Shown here piece by piece: positions 16,496-26,378 of a stretch of DNA of 32,000 bases. The notes beneath the pieces were generated by a model. The model was not told the DNA's origin and made no database searches. It worked only from the letters and a program-made list of their open reading frames with translations. Each line of letters opens with the position of its first letter. Position 1 is the first letter of the stretch. This DNA is from Candidatus Scalindua sp. (lineage in GTDB: Bacteria > Planctomycetota > Brocadiia > Brocadiales > Scalinduaceae). Made by a program: the position numbers and the translations under genes. The stretch spans positions 2,700,001 to 2,732,000 of the forward strand of contig JALDRA010000001.1 of the NCBI GenBank assembly GCA_031316235.1. The letters run 5' to 3'.

Positions 16496-18307
16496 TCAAG
16501 AATGAATGTCGATATTTTTCTCGTGAAATTGTGTAAGGAATATATCGGCAGTTTTGTCTTTCCCGTTTGTTTTGCTTGCATCAAAAAAGTTTTTCTTTAC
16601 CAGATGCAAGGCTTCTTTCTTCTCTCTTTTTCTGATATATCGAATACAATCGTTCAGTACTTTTTCGCTGTTGTGGGTATGTCCTGTTATAGAATATTCT
16701 TCCAAACTCTTTTGCCGTGAAATTGCAGCGACTAAATTTCCAACCAGCTCCTTGTTTTCTATAAAGGGATAAATATCTTCCAGTTCAACTTGCCCATTTT
16801 GCGCATAAATCTCTGAGATTCTTATTGCAAGGTTTCTCAATGTTGTATCGTTAAAGCAGTCAAATCCCAGGTCTGTTTCTATCTTTTTAATCAAGTCGTT
16901 TCTTGTTACCATTATGCCCAGAAGAGTTTTTTCTATGGTGCTGTAAGCGTTAGATTTCGGATTGGTTACCGTTAAGGGGACCTTAGAGGAACCGTTTTTT
17001 GGTGCCGTCCTCTTCTGTTTTGGCTGAAATTTTGACAAATGGTTTCGTAGTATATTTTCTTCAAGGGACATCTCTTCTGCAATTCTCTTAATCGTTAATT
17101 CACGTTTCAAGATATTAGGTATCTTCGTTGCAGACATGAGTATCTCATTTATTGCAGAAGCCTTTCCGTTAACGGAAGAGATATCCCATCTGGTTTTTGA
17201 AAGTTTTATTTTAAAACTGAGAAAATCATACGCTTTTTCTTCTTGTTCTAAAAACTGCGTGGCCCCTCTTTTGACTAAAAAATCGTATGGGTCATAGTTC
17301 TCAGGTAAGAGTATGACTCTGGCATCGAGATCTTCCTCGGTAAAGAGGTCTAAACTTCTTTCAGATGACCTCTGACCGGCATTATCCGCATCTAACACTA
17401 AAGTAACCTTGTCGCAATATTTTTTTAATATCTTGACATGCTCGCGGGTTAACGCGGTACCCAGGAGTGCTATCGACCAGTCAATACCGCACTGGTGTGC
17501 CATAATTACGTCTGTGTACCCTTCCATGAGTAATATTCTGCGTTTTTTTATTATAGAGCTTTTTGCCAGGTTGAGCCCGAAAAGTGTCTTGCTTTTATGG
17601 AAGAGTGCGGTTTCTGGCGAGTTGAGATATTTTGCAGAAGAGTTATCTAGTGCCCTGGCACCAAATCCTACAGATCTGTTTTGAATGTCAAATATTGGAA
17701 ACATTAATCGATTCCGGAATCTATCATAAAAACCACCACTCTTTTTTTTTATGATAAGCCCTGCTTTCTCTAAGATTTGGCTGTTTATGTTCCATTCTCT
17801 TGATTTGGTTACTAAAGCATCCCATCGGTTCGGAGAATATCCCAGTCTGAATCTGCGAACTGAGGCATCAGTGATTGATCTGTTTGATAAATAATCTTTT
17901 GCCTGTTTGCCATCTTTGGTATTTAATAACAAGTTACTGAAAAAACATGTTGCTTGCTCATTAGCGTCATATAAAACGTCTGTTTTTTGTTGTTTCCTCT
18001 GTTGCTGGGGATCGCTTAAAGGTATGTTCGCTTTTTCAGCAAGTGCCTTAACTGCCTCAGGAAAAGATACCCCTTCCTGTTTCATGAAAAAATCAAAAAT
18101 TGACCCGCTTTCTCCACAGCCGAAGCACTTATATTTTTGTTTTTCTTCGTTGACAACGAAAGAGGGAGTTTTTTCCCCATGGAAAGGACACAATCCCACG
18201 TAATTATTACCTCTTCGATTGAGGGTTAGATATTGAGAAACGAAATCAAGAAGATCTAGACTTCTTTCAATTTCTGAAATCTTTTCTGGTGAAATAAAGA
18301 AACTCAT
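16496..18307 (-). CDS. dnaG: DNA primase DnaG
   Basis: Zinc finger CPFHGEKTPSF...CFGCGESG, and TOPRIM motifs LMEGYTDV and VLDADNAGQ. I prefer ATG at 18307 (MSFFISPEK...) over the track's 18346, because a minus-strand TTGACA (18366-18361) would otherwise fall next to or inside the CDS. Confidence 0.9.
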   Translation of the reverse strand: MSFFISPEKISEIERSLDLLDFVSQYLTLNRRGNNYVGLCPFHGEKTPSFVVNEEKQKYKCFGCGESGSIFDFFMKQEGVSFPEAVKALAEKANIPLSDPQQQRKQQKTDVLYDANEQATCFFSNLLLNTKDGKQAKDYLSNRSITDASVRRFRLGYSPNRWDALVTKSREWNINSQILEKAGLIIKKKSGGFYDRFRNRLMFPIFDIQNRSVGFGARALDNSSAKYLNSPETALFHKSKTLFGLNLAKSSIIKKRRILLMEGYTDVIMAHQCGIDWSIALLGTALTREHVKILKKYCDKVTLVLDADNAGQRSSERSLDLFTEEDLDARVILLPENYDPYDFLVKRGATQFLEQEEKAYDFLSFKIKLSKTRWDISSVNGKASAINEILMSATKIPNILKRELTIKRIAEEMSLEENILRNHLSKFQPKQKRTAPKNGSSKVPLTVTNPKSNAYSTIEKTLLGIMVTRNDLIKKIETDLGFDCFNDTTLRNLAIRISEIYAQNGQVELEDIYPFIENKELVGNLVAAISRQKSLEEYSITGHTHNSEKVLNDCIRYIRKREKKEALHLVKKNFFDASKTNGKDKTADIFLTQFHEKNIDIHS

Positions 18308-18427
18308 CTTGTGGGGATAAATATCCAAATAGCAGTAGGATATCACAAATTAATGATAAATGTCAACAGTTAGATTTTTTTGTCAAGTATTTTTTTTGAG
18401 AGATTGCTCTGCCAGATCTATTTCTGG

Positions 18428-19567
18428 TTAATTTGAGTTGATTGCTCTGCCATTAACCAGATATTTTCTTCGGGCGTTTCTTCCTATGGCGCAGACAATT
18501 TCATGGGGAATTGTGTTTATGAGTTTGGCGGCTGATTCAATTCTGATGCTTTCATTCTGTTGACTTCCGAACAAGACAACATCGGTCCCGATAGCAACGT
18601 CAGGTATATGGGTTATGTCAACAAAACATCTGTCCATGCAGATCCTGCCCAGAATCGGGGCGGTAGTTCCATTTATGAGAACTTTGCCCACGTTTGAAAG
18701 AGACCGGTAAAGACCATCTTTGTAACCAACAGGAATCGTTGCTACTTTTGTAGGTTTTTCCAGCTTGCATGATCTTCCATAACCAACGGTACTTCCTGTC
18801 TCAAGTTGTTTAATGTTAATTATCCGTGTTCTAAGACTCAAAACAGGCTTCAGACCAATCTCTCTCGAAACAGAATTTGAGGGGTACATTCCGTAGAGAG
18901 CTAATCCCAGTCTTACCATGTTAAAATACGATTCAGGCATGGTTAATGTTGCAGCACTGTTTGCGGCATGTATAAGCGGGATCTGTATATTATTCTCCCT
19001 GAGTTCCTGAAGTATGTTCTGGAATAGGTTATTCTGTTTTTGCGTAAATGATTTGTCAGTTTCTTCTGATGAGTGAAAATGGGTGAAAATTCCTTCAATT
19101 GCCAGGCTTTCAAATTGCATAATCGTTTTAACGAGAGGAAGAGTTTTATGGAGATCTACTCCTGTGCCTCCCATTCCGGTATCAACTTCTATGTGGATCT
19201 TCGCGTCAAAAAAGTTTTTTTTTGCAACCACGGCTATTTCTTCTGCTGAGTGAAGGTTGCAAACGGTTATGCTTAATGAATATCTCAGCGCTTCGTATAT
19301 CTGTTCCGGTAAAATAGGGCTCAGGAGAAGGATTGGGATCCTTATATTGCTCTCTCGTAATTCTATTGCTTCGTCAAGGAAAGCGACACCAAGCATGTCT
19401 ACGTTATTTTGTGCCAATGTCTTACTGATTTCAATAGCGCCGTGCCCGTATGCATCAGCCTTTACAATTGCAAGAATCTTTCTCCCCTTTCCTGCTTTTT
19501 TTCTCACGGCTTTGACATTATGAGCTACAGCATCAAGACTAATTTCAGCCCAGGTAACGTTAAACAT
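18428..19567 (-). CDS. alr: Alanine racemase
   Basis: PLP-lysine motif AIVKADAYGHGA. Length 379 aa, with the conserved C-terminal blocks VGYGRS and GRICMDRCFVD. Confidence 0.9.
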   Translation of the reverse strand: MFNVTWAEISLDAVAHNVKAVRKKAGKGRKILAIVKADAYGHGAIEISKTLAQNNVDMLGVAFLDEAIELRESNIRIPILLLSPILPEQIYEALRYSLSITVCNLHSAEEIAVVAKKNFFDAKIHIEVDTGMGGTGVDLHKTLPLVKTIMQFESLAIEGIFTHFHSSEETDKSFTQKQNNLFQNILQELRENNIQIPLIHAANSAATLTMPESYFNMVRLGLALYGMYPSNSVSREIGLKPVLSLRTRIINIKQLETGSTVGYGRSCKLEKPTKVATIPVGYKDGLYRSLSNVGKVLINGTTAPILGRICMDRCFVDITHIPDVAIGTDVVLFGSQQNESIRIESAAKLINTIPHEIVCAIGRNARRKYLVNGRAINSN

Positions 19568-19647
19568 TTATTTTGACCTTGCAAATGGTAAATTTTACAC
19601 TCATTTTAGTTTGAGCAGTAAAAAAAACAAGGTTTTTTAAAAATAAG

Positions 19648-19675
19648 TTGACGCAATTTAGATAGTGGCTAAAAT
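19648..19675 (+). promoter_or_regulatory. Candidate sigma-70 promoter in the divergent alr / membrane-protein intergenic region
   Basis: TTGACG (19648-19653), a 16-nt spacer, then TAAAAT (19670-19675). It lies 43 nt upstream of the ATG at 19719. Confidence 0.35.
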
Positions 19676-19718
19676 CTACAACAAATTACAGTAATTTAAT
19701 GAAAGTAGAGAATTTTTT

Positions 19719-20294
19719 ATGGGATTAGTCGTAACTCTCCGGATAGCGGGATTAGATGACAATACTATGCTTTTAAAGCGTTCAAGATTTCCCAAGGCCA
19801 TGGGAGGGATGCTGTTGGGGATAGGTTTTGTCTTTATTGTCATGTACCAGGCGGCAGAGGTTTATATCTCGATGTTATATAATTCACCGGTATTTGTGGA
19901 CAAAATAGTGTTTTTTTTCATTACTATCTTACTCATCAGCTTTCCTCTTCTGGGGATTTTTTTGCTCTTTTATGACAAAAAAATAGTCGTGGATAAGAGA
20001 TCCGGGGAAATTTGTGTATATATTACGTTTATGTGCATTCCTCTTAAGAGAGAACGGATTCTTTTTAACCAGGTGGATGAAATTGTTGTTGAGAATATCT
20101 GCAAGGGGAAGACCATCGCAATGATGCGTGCACGGGGGGAGGAAAAAGAAATACGTGCTGGCCACTGGCTGATCAGCTTGCGTGGTAAAGAGTTGGGTAA
20201 AAGGTATTTTGATAGATATCCCAAAAAAGAGGAAATATTTTTGTGTGCGGAAAATCTATCCCGTTTGACTTCAAAGAAAGTTGTGATAAATTGA
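19719..20294 (+). CDS. Hypothetical small membrane protein with two predicted TM helices and a basic C-terminal domain
   Basis: 191-aa ORF filling the gap between alr and mqnA. Hydrophobic segments are MLLGIGFVFIVMY and IVFFFITILLISFPLLGIFLLF. I recognise no family motif. Confidence 0.5.
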   Translation: MGLVVTLRIAGLDDNTMLLKRSRFPKAMGGMLLGIGFVFIVMYQAAEVYISMLYNSPVFVDKIVFFFITILLISFPLLGIFLLFYDKKIVVDKRSGEICVYITFMCIPLKRERILFNQVDEIVVENICKGKTIAMMRARGEEKEIRAGHWLISLRGKELGKRYFDRYPKKEEIFLCAENLSRLTSKKVVIN

Positions 20295-20327
20295 AAGTGA
20301 ATTTATGCTCCCTGGGAACTTCGACAG

Positions 20328-21125
20328 ATGGATAAGCTTAAAATCGGTGTTGTCCCATATTTGAATGCTAAACCACTGATATATGGACTGGAGGAGATGC
20401 ATGATGAAGTCGATCTGGTGTATGCTGTTCCTTCTGTCTTACCGACAATTTTTGAGGAAGGTAAGCTGGATGTGGTGCTGATGCCTTCCGTAAACTATTT
20501 CTGCAGCAACAATGCATACAAAATCATTCCTGGTTGTTCAATTTCTTCAAATGGGTCGGTAGAAAGCGTAAAATTGTTTATCAGAGCTCCGAAGATCGAA
20601 ATGATCAAGGTTGTTGCGCTTGACAGGAATTCTTTAACATCCTGTGTGCTTACAAAAATAATTCTTTTAAAAAGGTATTCGATAAAACCTGAGTACATAG
20701 TGTTGGAAGATAAAAGTAAGGTGAATGATGAAGGTATTGATGCTTTTCTTATTATAGGGGACAACGCAATGAAGCTCAGTGAAGAGGGATTTCGTGTGCT
20801 GGATCTGGGGTCTGAGTGGAAAGAGATGGTTGGTTTTCCTTTTGTTTATGCAGTATGGGTTACCAGGTCTGGCTCTCAACTGTCTGGGGTAAATAAGCTT
20901 TTTAAGGATGCAAAAGAGAGAGGGCTGATGTCCTTAGACAGAATTGCATCTGTAGAATCTGAAAGAGTTCATTTAGAAAAAGAGCGCTGTTTAAGGTACC
21001 TCAGGGATTCAATAAAGTACCAGCTTGGTGAACAGGAAATAAGGGGATTGGAAACATTTTATCGTTGTGCTTTAGAATTGGGTGAAGTTTGTGAGGGTGT
21101 GAAGATTGAATTTAATGACGTCTGA
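20328..21125 (+). CDS. mqnA: Chorismate dehydratase MqnA (futalosine pathway)
   Basis: N-terminal KIGVVPYLNAKPLIYGL is typical of MqnA (periplasmic-binding-protein-like fold). It is followed directly by a radical-SAM Mqn gene. Confidence 0.8.
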   Translation: MDKLKIGVVPYLNAKPLIYGLEEMHDEVDLVYAVPSVLPTIFEEGKLDVVLMPSVNYFCSNNAYKIIPGCSISSNGSVESVKLFIRAPKIEMIKVVALDRNSLTSCVLTKIILLKRYSIKPEYIVLEDKSKVNDEGIDAFLIIGDNAMKLSEEGFRVLDLGSEWKEMVGFPFVYAVWVTRSGSQLSGVNKLFKDAKERGLMSLDRIASVESERVHLEKERCLRYLRDSIKYQLGEQEIRGLETFYRCALELGEVCEGVKIEFNDV

Positions 21126-22203
21126 AATTGACGATATAGTGTGTCGGCAGAGAAGATTTTCCTCTGAAGAAGGGGTAAGACTTCTAAAATCTTCTGATTT
21201 GATTGGATTGGGAGCTGCTGCAGACAGGTTTTGTCAGGAACTTCACCCGGAACCTTATAGGACATATATAATTGACCGCAACATAAACTATACCAATGTC
21301 TGTATTTCTGGCTGTAAATTTTGTGCTTTTTATAAAGCTGAGGATAGCACTGAGGGGTATCTGATATCGAAAAGTGAAATTTTTAAGAAAATAGAGGAAA
21401 CTGTGCAATTAGGGGGGAGGCAAATCCTGATGCAGGGGGGGCTGCGACCTGATTTGAAAATAGGCTTCTATCTTGATCTTTTGCGGTCGATAAAAGAGCG
21501 GTTTCCCGTACACATTCACTCGTTTTCTCCTCCTGAAATAGTATACTTTTCAGAATTAAATGATATACGGATCAGGGAAATTCTGATATTATTGAGAGAT
21601 GCGGGGCTTGACACAATTCCAGGAGGAGGTGCTGAAATACTGACTGATAGATGCAGAGATCAGCTAAGTCCGAACAAATGCTCTGCAGATCAGTGGCTTC
21701 AGGTAATGAGGGAGGCGCATGGCTTAGGGATAAGAAGTACGGCAACGATGATGTTCGGGCATATTGAAACCCTGGAAGAGCGGGTTGCTCATCTGGAAAG
21801 GATTCGGGAGCTTCAGGATGATACGGGAGGTTTTACAGCTTTTATCCCCTGGACATTTCAGCCGAAAAATACTGCCATGGCAAAGTTCACAGGGGAAAGC
21901 AGGGGGTACGGAGCTGGCGGATTTGATTATCTGAGAACCCTTGCAGTATCACGCCTTTTCCTGGACAACATTCCCAATATCCAGGCTTCGTGGGTAACAC
22001 AGGGTCCTAAGATTGCACAACTTGCATTGAAATTTGGAGCAAATGATCTGGGGAGCACGATGATTGAGGAGAATGTCGTAAAGGCGGCTGGGGTGAGCTA
22101 TTGTATGGGAAAAGAGGAATTGGAATCACTGATAAGATCTATGGGTTTTGAGCCTGTTCAACGGGACTGTTATTATGAGGAAATAGTCAACCAGGAACCA
22201 TGA
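21115..22203 (+). CDS. mqnC: Radical SAM enzyme of the MqnC/MqnE/CofH family, most likely cyclic dehypoxanthinyl futalosine synthase
   Basis: Motifs NINYTNVCISGCKFCAFY (CxxxCxxC), ILMQGGLRPDL, and HIHSFSPPEI, which I recall as MqnC-like where MqnE has AFTAVE. ATG at 21115 overlaps the end of mqnA by 11 nt; the track's TTG at 21106 is an alternative. Confidence 0.65.
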   Translation: MTSEIDDIVCRQRRFSSEEGVRLLKSSDLIGLGAAADRFCQELHPEPYRTYIIDRNINYTNVCISGCKFCAFYKAEDSTEGYLISKSEIFKKIEETVQLGGRQILMQGGLRPDLKIGFYLDLLRSIKERFPVHIHSFSPPEIVYFSELNDIRIREILILLRDAGLDTIPGGGAEILTDRCRDQLSPNKCSADQWLQVMREAHGLGIRSTATMMFGHIETLEERVAHLERIRELQDDTGGFTAFIPWTFQPKNTAMAKFTGESRGYGAGGFDYLRTLAVSRLFLDNIPNIQASWVTQGPKIAQLALKFGANDLGSTMIEENVVKAAGVSYCMGKEELESLIRSMGFEPVQRDCYYEEIVNQEP

Positions 22204-22776
22204 TTTCAGGTGGACACCGTTGTCAATGTTACTACGAATCTGATGTGTTGTTTTTTTTTATAAAGCGTGCGTAAATATTACGCCTAAAGATCTGAGTTTC
22301 TTCTCGTTATGGTGAAAATATTTCGATACCTTTCTGTTTCGTGAATGTTTGATATACCATCCAGCGTTATTTTGGTAAGGTGTAAGATGTTGTTATTTCA
22401 TGTTTTTCGTTCTTTTTTTCAGGTTAAATATTCATGATACGAGTATAAGGCATAAAAATTGCTATTTAAGGTCTTCCTGTTTGCTGGATGGATTACAGTG
22501 CCTGTTATTCTTGAAAGTCTTTGTTCATACTGTTAGATGCATTACGCGATAGAGTAATAAGTGCCTTTTAAGAATATTGTTTCTGTGTCGATAAAGAAGC
22601 TGGGGATGAAAAGGCGAGAAACAGGAAGCTTTTTTTAAGGGTAGGACTCGTCTGATTCATGCTGGCAATGGCTTCCCCATGGTATTCTTAAAATAAAGAT
22701 TGAGATGAAATCTCTCACACATTAATTGATTAAAATAATTTCATTAACGTAAAGCCCTTAAGTGAGGAGTGAAACT

Positions 22777-23586
22777 ATGAGAAAATCTTTTTTATTCTTT
22801 TTTGTTTTTTTTATTGTCGTGAGCTCATATTCCGAAATGATTTATGCACAGACCTTACAAAACCTGGAGAAACAATCCGGTAGTGCGGAAAGTGATAAAC
22901 AAGGTCAGGGAGACTATGCAGTTAACGACGACAGTGACTTTGATAGCATCGATGTAGAGCTGGAAGCAACCTTTGTCAGGGACCCTATTCAGCCGTACAA
23001 CCGTGCCATCCATGCATTCAATGACAAGTTTTATTTTTATGCAGTGAAACCGATGACTAAAGGATACGACAAAGTAGTTCCGGAAAAAGCGCAATTATGC
23101 GTCAGGAATTTTTTCTCGAATATTAAAATGCCTATCCGTTTTTTCAACTGTCTTTTTCAGGGTAAATTTAAGGGGGCTGGTACAGAAGGTCTGCGTTTTC
23201 TCATTAATTCTACAATTGGGGGAGTAGGATTTACTGATCCGGCTAAGAAATATTTTGATCTGGAAAAACAGGATGAAGACTTTGGGCAGACTCTGGGACA
23301 CTACAAGATGGGCAATAGCATCTTTATCGAATGGCCGTTTATCGGGCCGTCAAGCGTCCGTGATACTATTGGTTATATCGGGGATATGGCACTGAACCCT
23401 CTTACGATCGCATCATTTTTTGTAACTCCCTTTATAACCACCGGGGCAGGGACGTATAATGAGTTTAATGAAGTTGCCCTTGAAAAAGGAGAGATGTATG
23501 AAACCATAGTAGGATCGGCCATCGATCCCTATATTGCTGTTCAGGATTCTTATATCCAAAATAGAAATAAGAAAATTAGAGAATAA
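22777..23586 (+). CDS. mlaA: MlaA/VacJ-family outer-membrane lipid-transport protein homologue
   Basis: Motif block DPIQPYNRAIHAFNDKFYFYAVKPMTKGYDKVVPEKAQLCVRNFFSNIKMPIRFFNCLFQGK...LINSTIGGVGFTDPA. ATG at 22777 is preceded by gaggag. The signal peptide has no lipobox Cys. Confidence 0.8.
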   Translation: MRKSFLFFFVFFIVVSSYSEMIYAQTLQNLEKQSGSAESDKQGQGDYAVNDDSDFDSIDVELEATFVRDPIQPYNRAIHAFNDKFYFYAVKPMTKGYDKVVPEKAQLCVRNFFSNIKMPIRFFNCLFQGKFKGAGTEGLRFLINSTIGGVGFTDPAKKYFDLEKQDEDFGQTLGHYKMGNSIFIEWPFIGPSSVRDTIGYIGDMALNPLTIASFFVTPFITTGAGTYNEFNEVALEKGEMYETIVGSAIDPYIAVQDSYIQNRNKKIRE

Positions 23587-23626
23587 TTTCACATTGTGTT
23601 GATAGCGGATTACCAAAATCTCACGG

Positions 23627-23690
23627 CTCGTTGAAATTTAACTGCTTGTCTTGGCTGTTACATTTCAACGAGTGATTTGTTTTCTCTCAT
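23627..23690 (+). terminator. Candidate intrinsic terminator after mlaA
   Basis: ctcgttgaaat (23627-23637) and atttcaacgag (23662-23672) form a perfect 11-bp stem. Further inner pairs are possible (taac/gtta, gc/gc). The stem is followed by tgatttgttttctctcatttt. Confidence 0.45.
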
Positions 23691-24022
23691 TTTATCAGGT
23701 ATCTGTCTTGGTCAATTCCTGGGAAGACGAAGATGATTATCAGTTTTGTTCGTTTTTATTTTGTTCACGGTACCTGTCTGTATGGCTGTTTCAGGCAGAG
23801 AACGAATTAACCCATATCGATACTTGTGGTGTAATACTGCAAGCTGCAAGTAGGCCTCTTCTCCTTCGGGAACAAAGGGTGCGTTCACGTGAAAATCCAC
23901 AATCTTTTCATGCCCACTGCCTGACCGGAAACCCTGTGGCGTATCCAATAACCAGGAGATTGTAGATAATTCGTTAATTGTCCTCACTTTTCCCAGAGCA
24001 GCCATATATATATACTAAAACC

Positions 24023-24055
24023 GATTTGGTTTTCGGTTTTACCGGAAACCAAATC
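24023..24055. other. Near-perfect 14-bp palindromic hairpin in the pta upstream region
   Basis: gatttggttttcgg (24023-24036), loop tttta, then ccggaaaccaaatc (24042-24055). This gives 13 Watson-Crick pairs plus one G-U. It overlaps two alternative hairpins at 24017-24040 and 24048-24060. Confidence 0.5.
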
Positions 24056-24123
24056 TTGGTTGCAGCTATACTCGCTCAAATTTATCTCGGATAGTATCCG
24101 AAAACCATTATGAGATGAGTATA
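24048..24123. repeat. Copy 1 of a ~75-nt direct repeat, in the pta leader
   Basis: accaaatcttggttgcagcTATACTCgctcaaatttATCTCggatagtatccgaaaaccattatGAGATGAGTATA. The 57-nt core (24067-24123) differs at 6 positions from 26658-26714. It ends 153 nt before the pta ATG. Confidence 0.8.
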
Positions 24124-24275
24124 ACAGCACCTACAGGCAGGTGAGAATTTTTCTCTAAGAAAAAGGGAGACAGAAAATTGTCAGGAATTATCTGATACCG
24201 CCGCGTGAATCCGCTGTCGAATAAATAAAAATGAAAGTATTTGTTGTTTAGAATTCAGAGAGAACCTGTCAGGGC

Positions 24276-26378
24276 ATGGCAAAAAATATTTTTTTAGCGT
24301 CAACTGGTCCGGAATCGGGAAAAAGTGTTATCTGTCTTGGGCTCATTGATGCTCTGAGAGGGATTGTATCGAATGTAGGGTACTTTAAGCCCATAGGTCA
24401 GAAATATATCAAAGGTGAAGAGTTTGATAAAGAATCAAAAATGATTAGGGAGACATTTGGTATTGAAGATGAGCTGGTACATATGAATCCGGTGTCTCTC
24501 GATGAGTTAAAGAGTTATATCGCGAAAGATGATCATGAGGCCTTCTTTCAGAAAGTACAGAATTCTTACAGGAAAGTAGAGGATGGAAAAGATATTGTCA
24601 TTATTGACGGCACAGACTATTTGGGGATGATGTCGGCTTTTGAGTTTGATATAAATGCTGAGCTTGCAAATCATCTCAATGCGGGAATAATTCTTATTGA
24701 AGATGGACAGGGAAAGTCGTTGAACGAGATCTGTACTGATGTGCTAACGGGTAAAGATTCCTTTGAAAAGCAATGCTGCGAATTTCTGGGTGTTGTTGTT
24801 AATAAAGTTGAAAATGAAAGATACGCAGCGGTTGATGAAGGGTTGCGGTTACAATTTAAGAACCGGAACGTAGACTATTTCGGCACAGTTCCCTTTGATT
24901 CAATATTGCCGAAACCACGTTTACATGATATTGCCAGGAGCCTGGATGCAGAGGTATTATTTGGTCAAGGGCACCTTTCAAATATTGCAGTTGAGACGAT
25001 CATTGCCTCTATGGGATTTGGAAATGCACTGAAATATCTTCATGATGGAACATTGATTATTACAGGAGGAGATAGAGATGAGATACTCCTTGGCTGTATA
25101 GCATCCTTAATCTCACCAACCTGTCCCAATATTTCTGGCATCGTCTTGACAGGAGGGCTCATGCCAAATAAGAGTATGCAGGATTTAATTGGAAGTTTGA
25201 GCGATTTGCCACTACCCATCTGCAGTGTAAAGAGCAACACGATTGAGACGGCGAACAGAATTGACTCTCTCGAAGTTCATGTCTCTTCTGGTGATAGTCA
25301 GAAAATTGATATTACAAAGAGACTGGTTTTCCGTAATGTTGATTATGAAAAAATAAATGACAAGTTGAATCTGGTTAAGGTCAGGAAAAGGTCACCTGAG
25401 ATGTTCAAATACGAACTCATAGAGAGAGCCCGTTCGGTAAAAAAACGAATAGTCCTTCCAGAGGGAAACGAAGAGAGGGTGTTGAAAGCCGCAGAATCCG
25501 TGAGAGCCAGGGGTATAGCTGATTTAGTGCTCCTTGGCAACAGAGACGAGATTTTGAAAAAAGCTGCTGTATTGGGTGTGAAACTGGACAGCGGGATTTC
25601 AATCATCGACCCAGCTCTATCAGAAAATTTTGATGATTATGTGAATACCTATTATGAGTTGAGGAAGCATAAAAACTATACGATAGACATGGTACTCGAC
25701 AGGATGCAGGATAGTATCTATTACGGGACTATGATGATCTACAAGGGGGATGCTGATGGATTAGTTTCGGGTTCCGTCAATACAACTCAACACACTATCA
25801 GGCCGGCATTTGAAATAATCAAGACGAAACCGGGAATCGTAAACGCCTCCAGTGTTTTTTTCATGTGTCTGAAAGGGCGGGTGTTGGTATATGGAGATTG
25901 TGCCATAATCCCGAAACCAGATGCCGAACAGCTTGCAGATATAGCGATCTCAAGCGCAGATACAGCGAAGGATTTCAACATTATCCCGTATGTTGCTATG
26001 CTTTCCTATTCAACGGGTAAATCAGGAAAAGGACCGGAAGTTGAGAAGGTGAGAGAGGCGACTGAAATTGCACGGAGGAAAAGGCCTGACCTGAGCATTG
26101 AAGGCCCGATACAGTATGATGCCGCAGTTGATCCAGGTGTGGCCAGGATCAAACTTCCGGAGAGCACCGTTGCAGGTAAGGCGACTGTCCTCATCTTTCC
26201 AGACCTTAACACCGGAAATAATATATACAAGGCAGTGCAGAGATCTTCAGGAGCCATTGCCATAGGACCGGTCCTGCAAGGTTTGAAGAGACCCGTAAAC
26301 GATCTTAGTAGGGGGTGTAAAGCGGAAGACATTGTCTATACGGTAGCGATAACAGCAATACAGGCGCAATCATCATAG
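24276..26378 (+). CDS. pta: Phosphate acetyltransferase, long form (N-terminal P-loop-like/DRTGG region plus C-terminal PTA_PTB domain)
   Basis: 700 aa. N-terminus IFLASTGPESGKSVICLGL. C-terminal blocks GLVSGSVNTTQHTIRPAFEII, YGDCAI, MLSYSTGKSG and FPDLNTGNNIYKAVQR. Confidence 0.92.
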   Translation: MAKNIFLASTGPESGKSVICLGLIDALRGIVSNVGYFKPIGQKYIKGEEFDKESKMIRETFGIEDELVHMNPVSLDELKSYIAKDDHEAFFQKVQNSYRKVEDGKDIVIIDGTDYLGMMSAFEFDINAELANHLNAGIILIEDGQGKSLNEICTDVLTGKDSFEKQCCEFLGVVVNKVENERYAAVDEGLRLQFKNRNVDYFGTVPFDSILPKPRLHDIARSLDAEVLFGQGHLSNIAVETIIASMGFGNALKYLHDGTLIITGGDRDEILLGCIASLISPTCPNISGIVLTGGLMPNKSMQDLIGSLSDLPLPICSVKSNTIETANRIDSLEVHVSSGDSQKIDITKRLVFRNVDYEKINDKLNLVKVRKRSPEMFKYELIERARSVKKRIVLPEGNEERVLKAAESVRARGIADLVLLGNRDEILKKAAVLGVKLDSGISIIDPALSENFDDYVNTYYELRKHKNYTIDMVLDRMQDSIYYGTMMIYKGDADGLVSGSVNTTQHTIRPAFEIIKTKPGIVNASSVFFMCLKGRVLVYGDCAIIPKPDAEQLADIAISSADTAKDFNIIPYVAMLSYSTGKSGKGPEVEKVREATEIARRKRPDLSIEGPIQYDAAVDPGVARIKLPESTVAGKATVLIFPDLNTGNNIYKAVQRSSGAIAIGPVLQGLKRPVNDLSRGCKAEDIVYTVAITAIQAQSS

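Noticed and set aside
18308-18346. The 13-codon N-terminal extension of dnaG (MISYCYLDIYPHK)
   Set aside because: The extension is not primase-like, and a minus-strand TTGACA promoter-like hexamer lies only about 15 nt upstream of it. ATG at 18307 gives a normal DnaG N-terminus.
22240-22262. The T-run after mqnC (gttgttttttttt) as an intrinsic terminator
   Set aside because: I could not find a convincing GC-rich stem directly upstream; the only pairing is a 4-5-bp ACAC/GUGU. Not called.
23651-24005. Overlapping ORFs 23651-23965 (+, 104 aa, TTG start) and 23712-24005 (-, 97 aa) in the mlaA-pta gap
   Set aside because: The two are mutually exclusive. The + ORF is Cys/Phe-rich and implausible. 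The minus ORF has a plausible first 60 aa or so, but no RBS, no recognisable motif and a low-complexity tail, and neighbouring frames do not extend it. Not called; worth a database search only.
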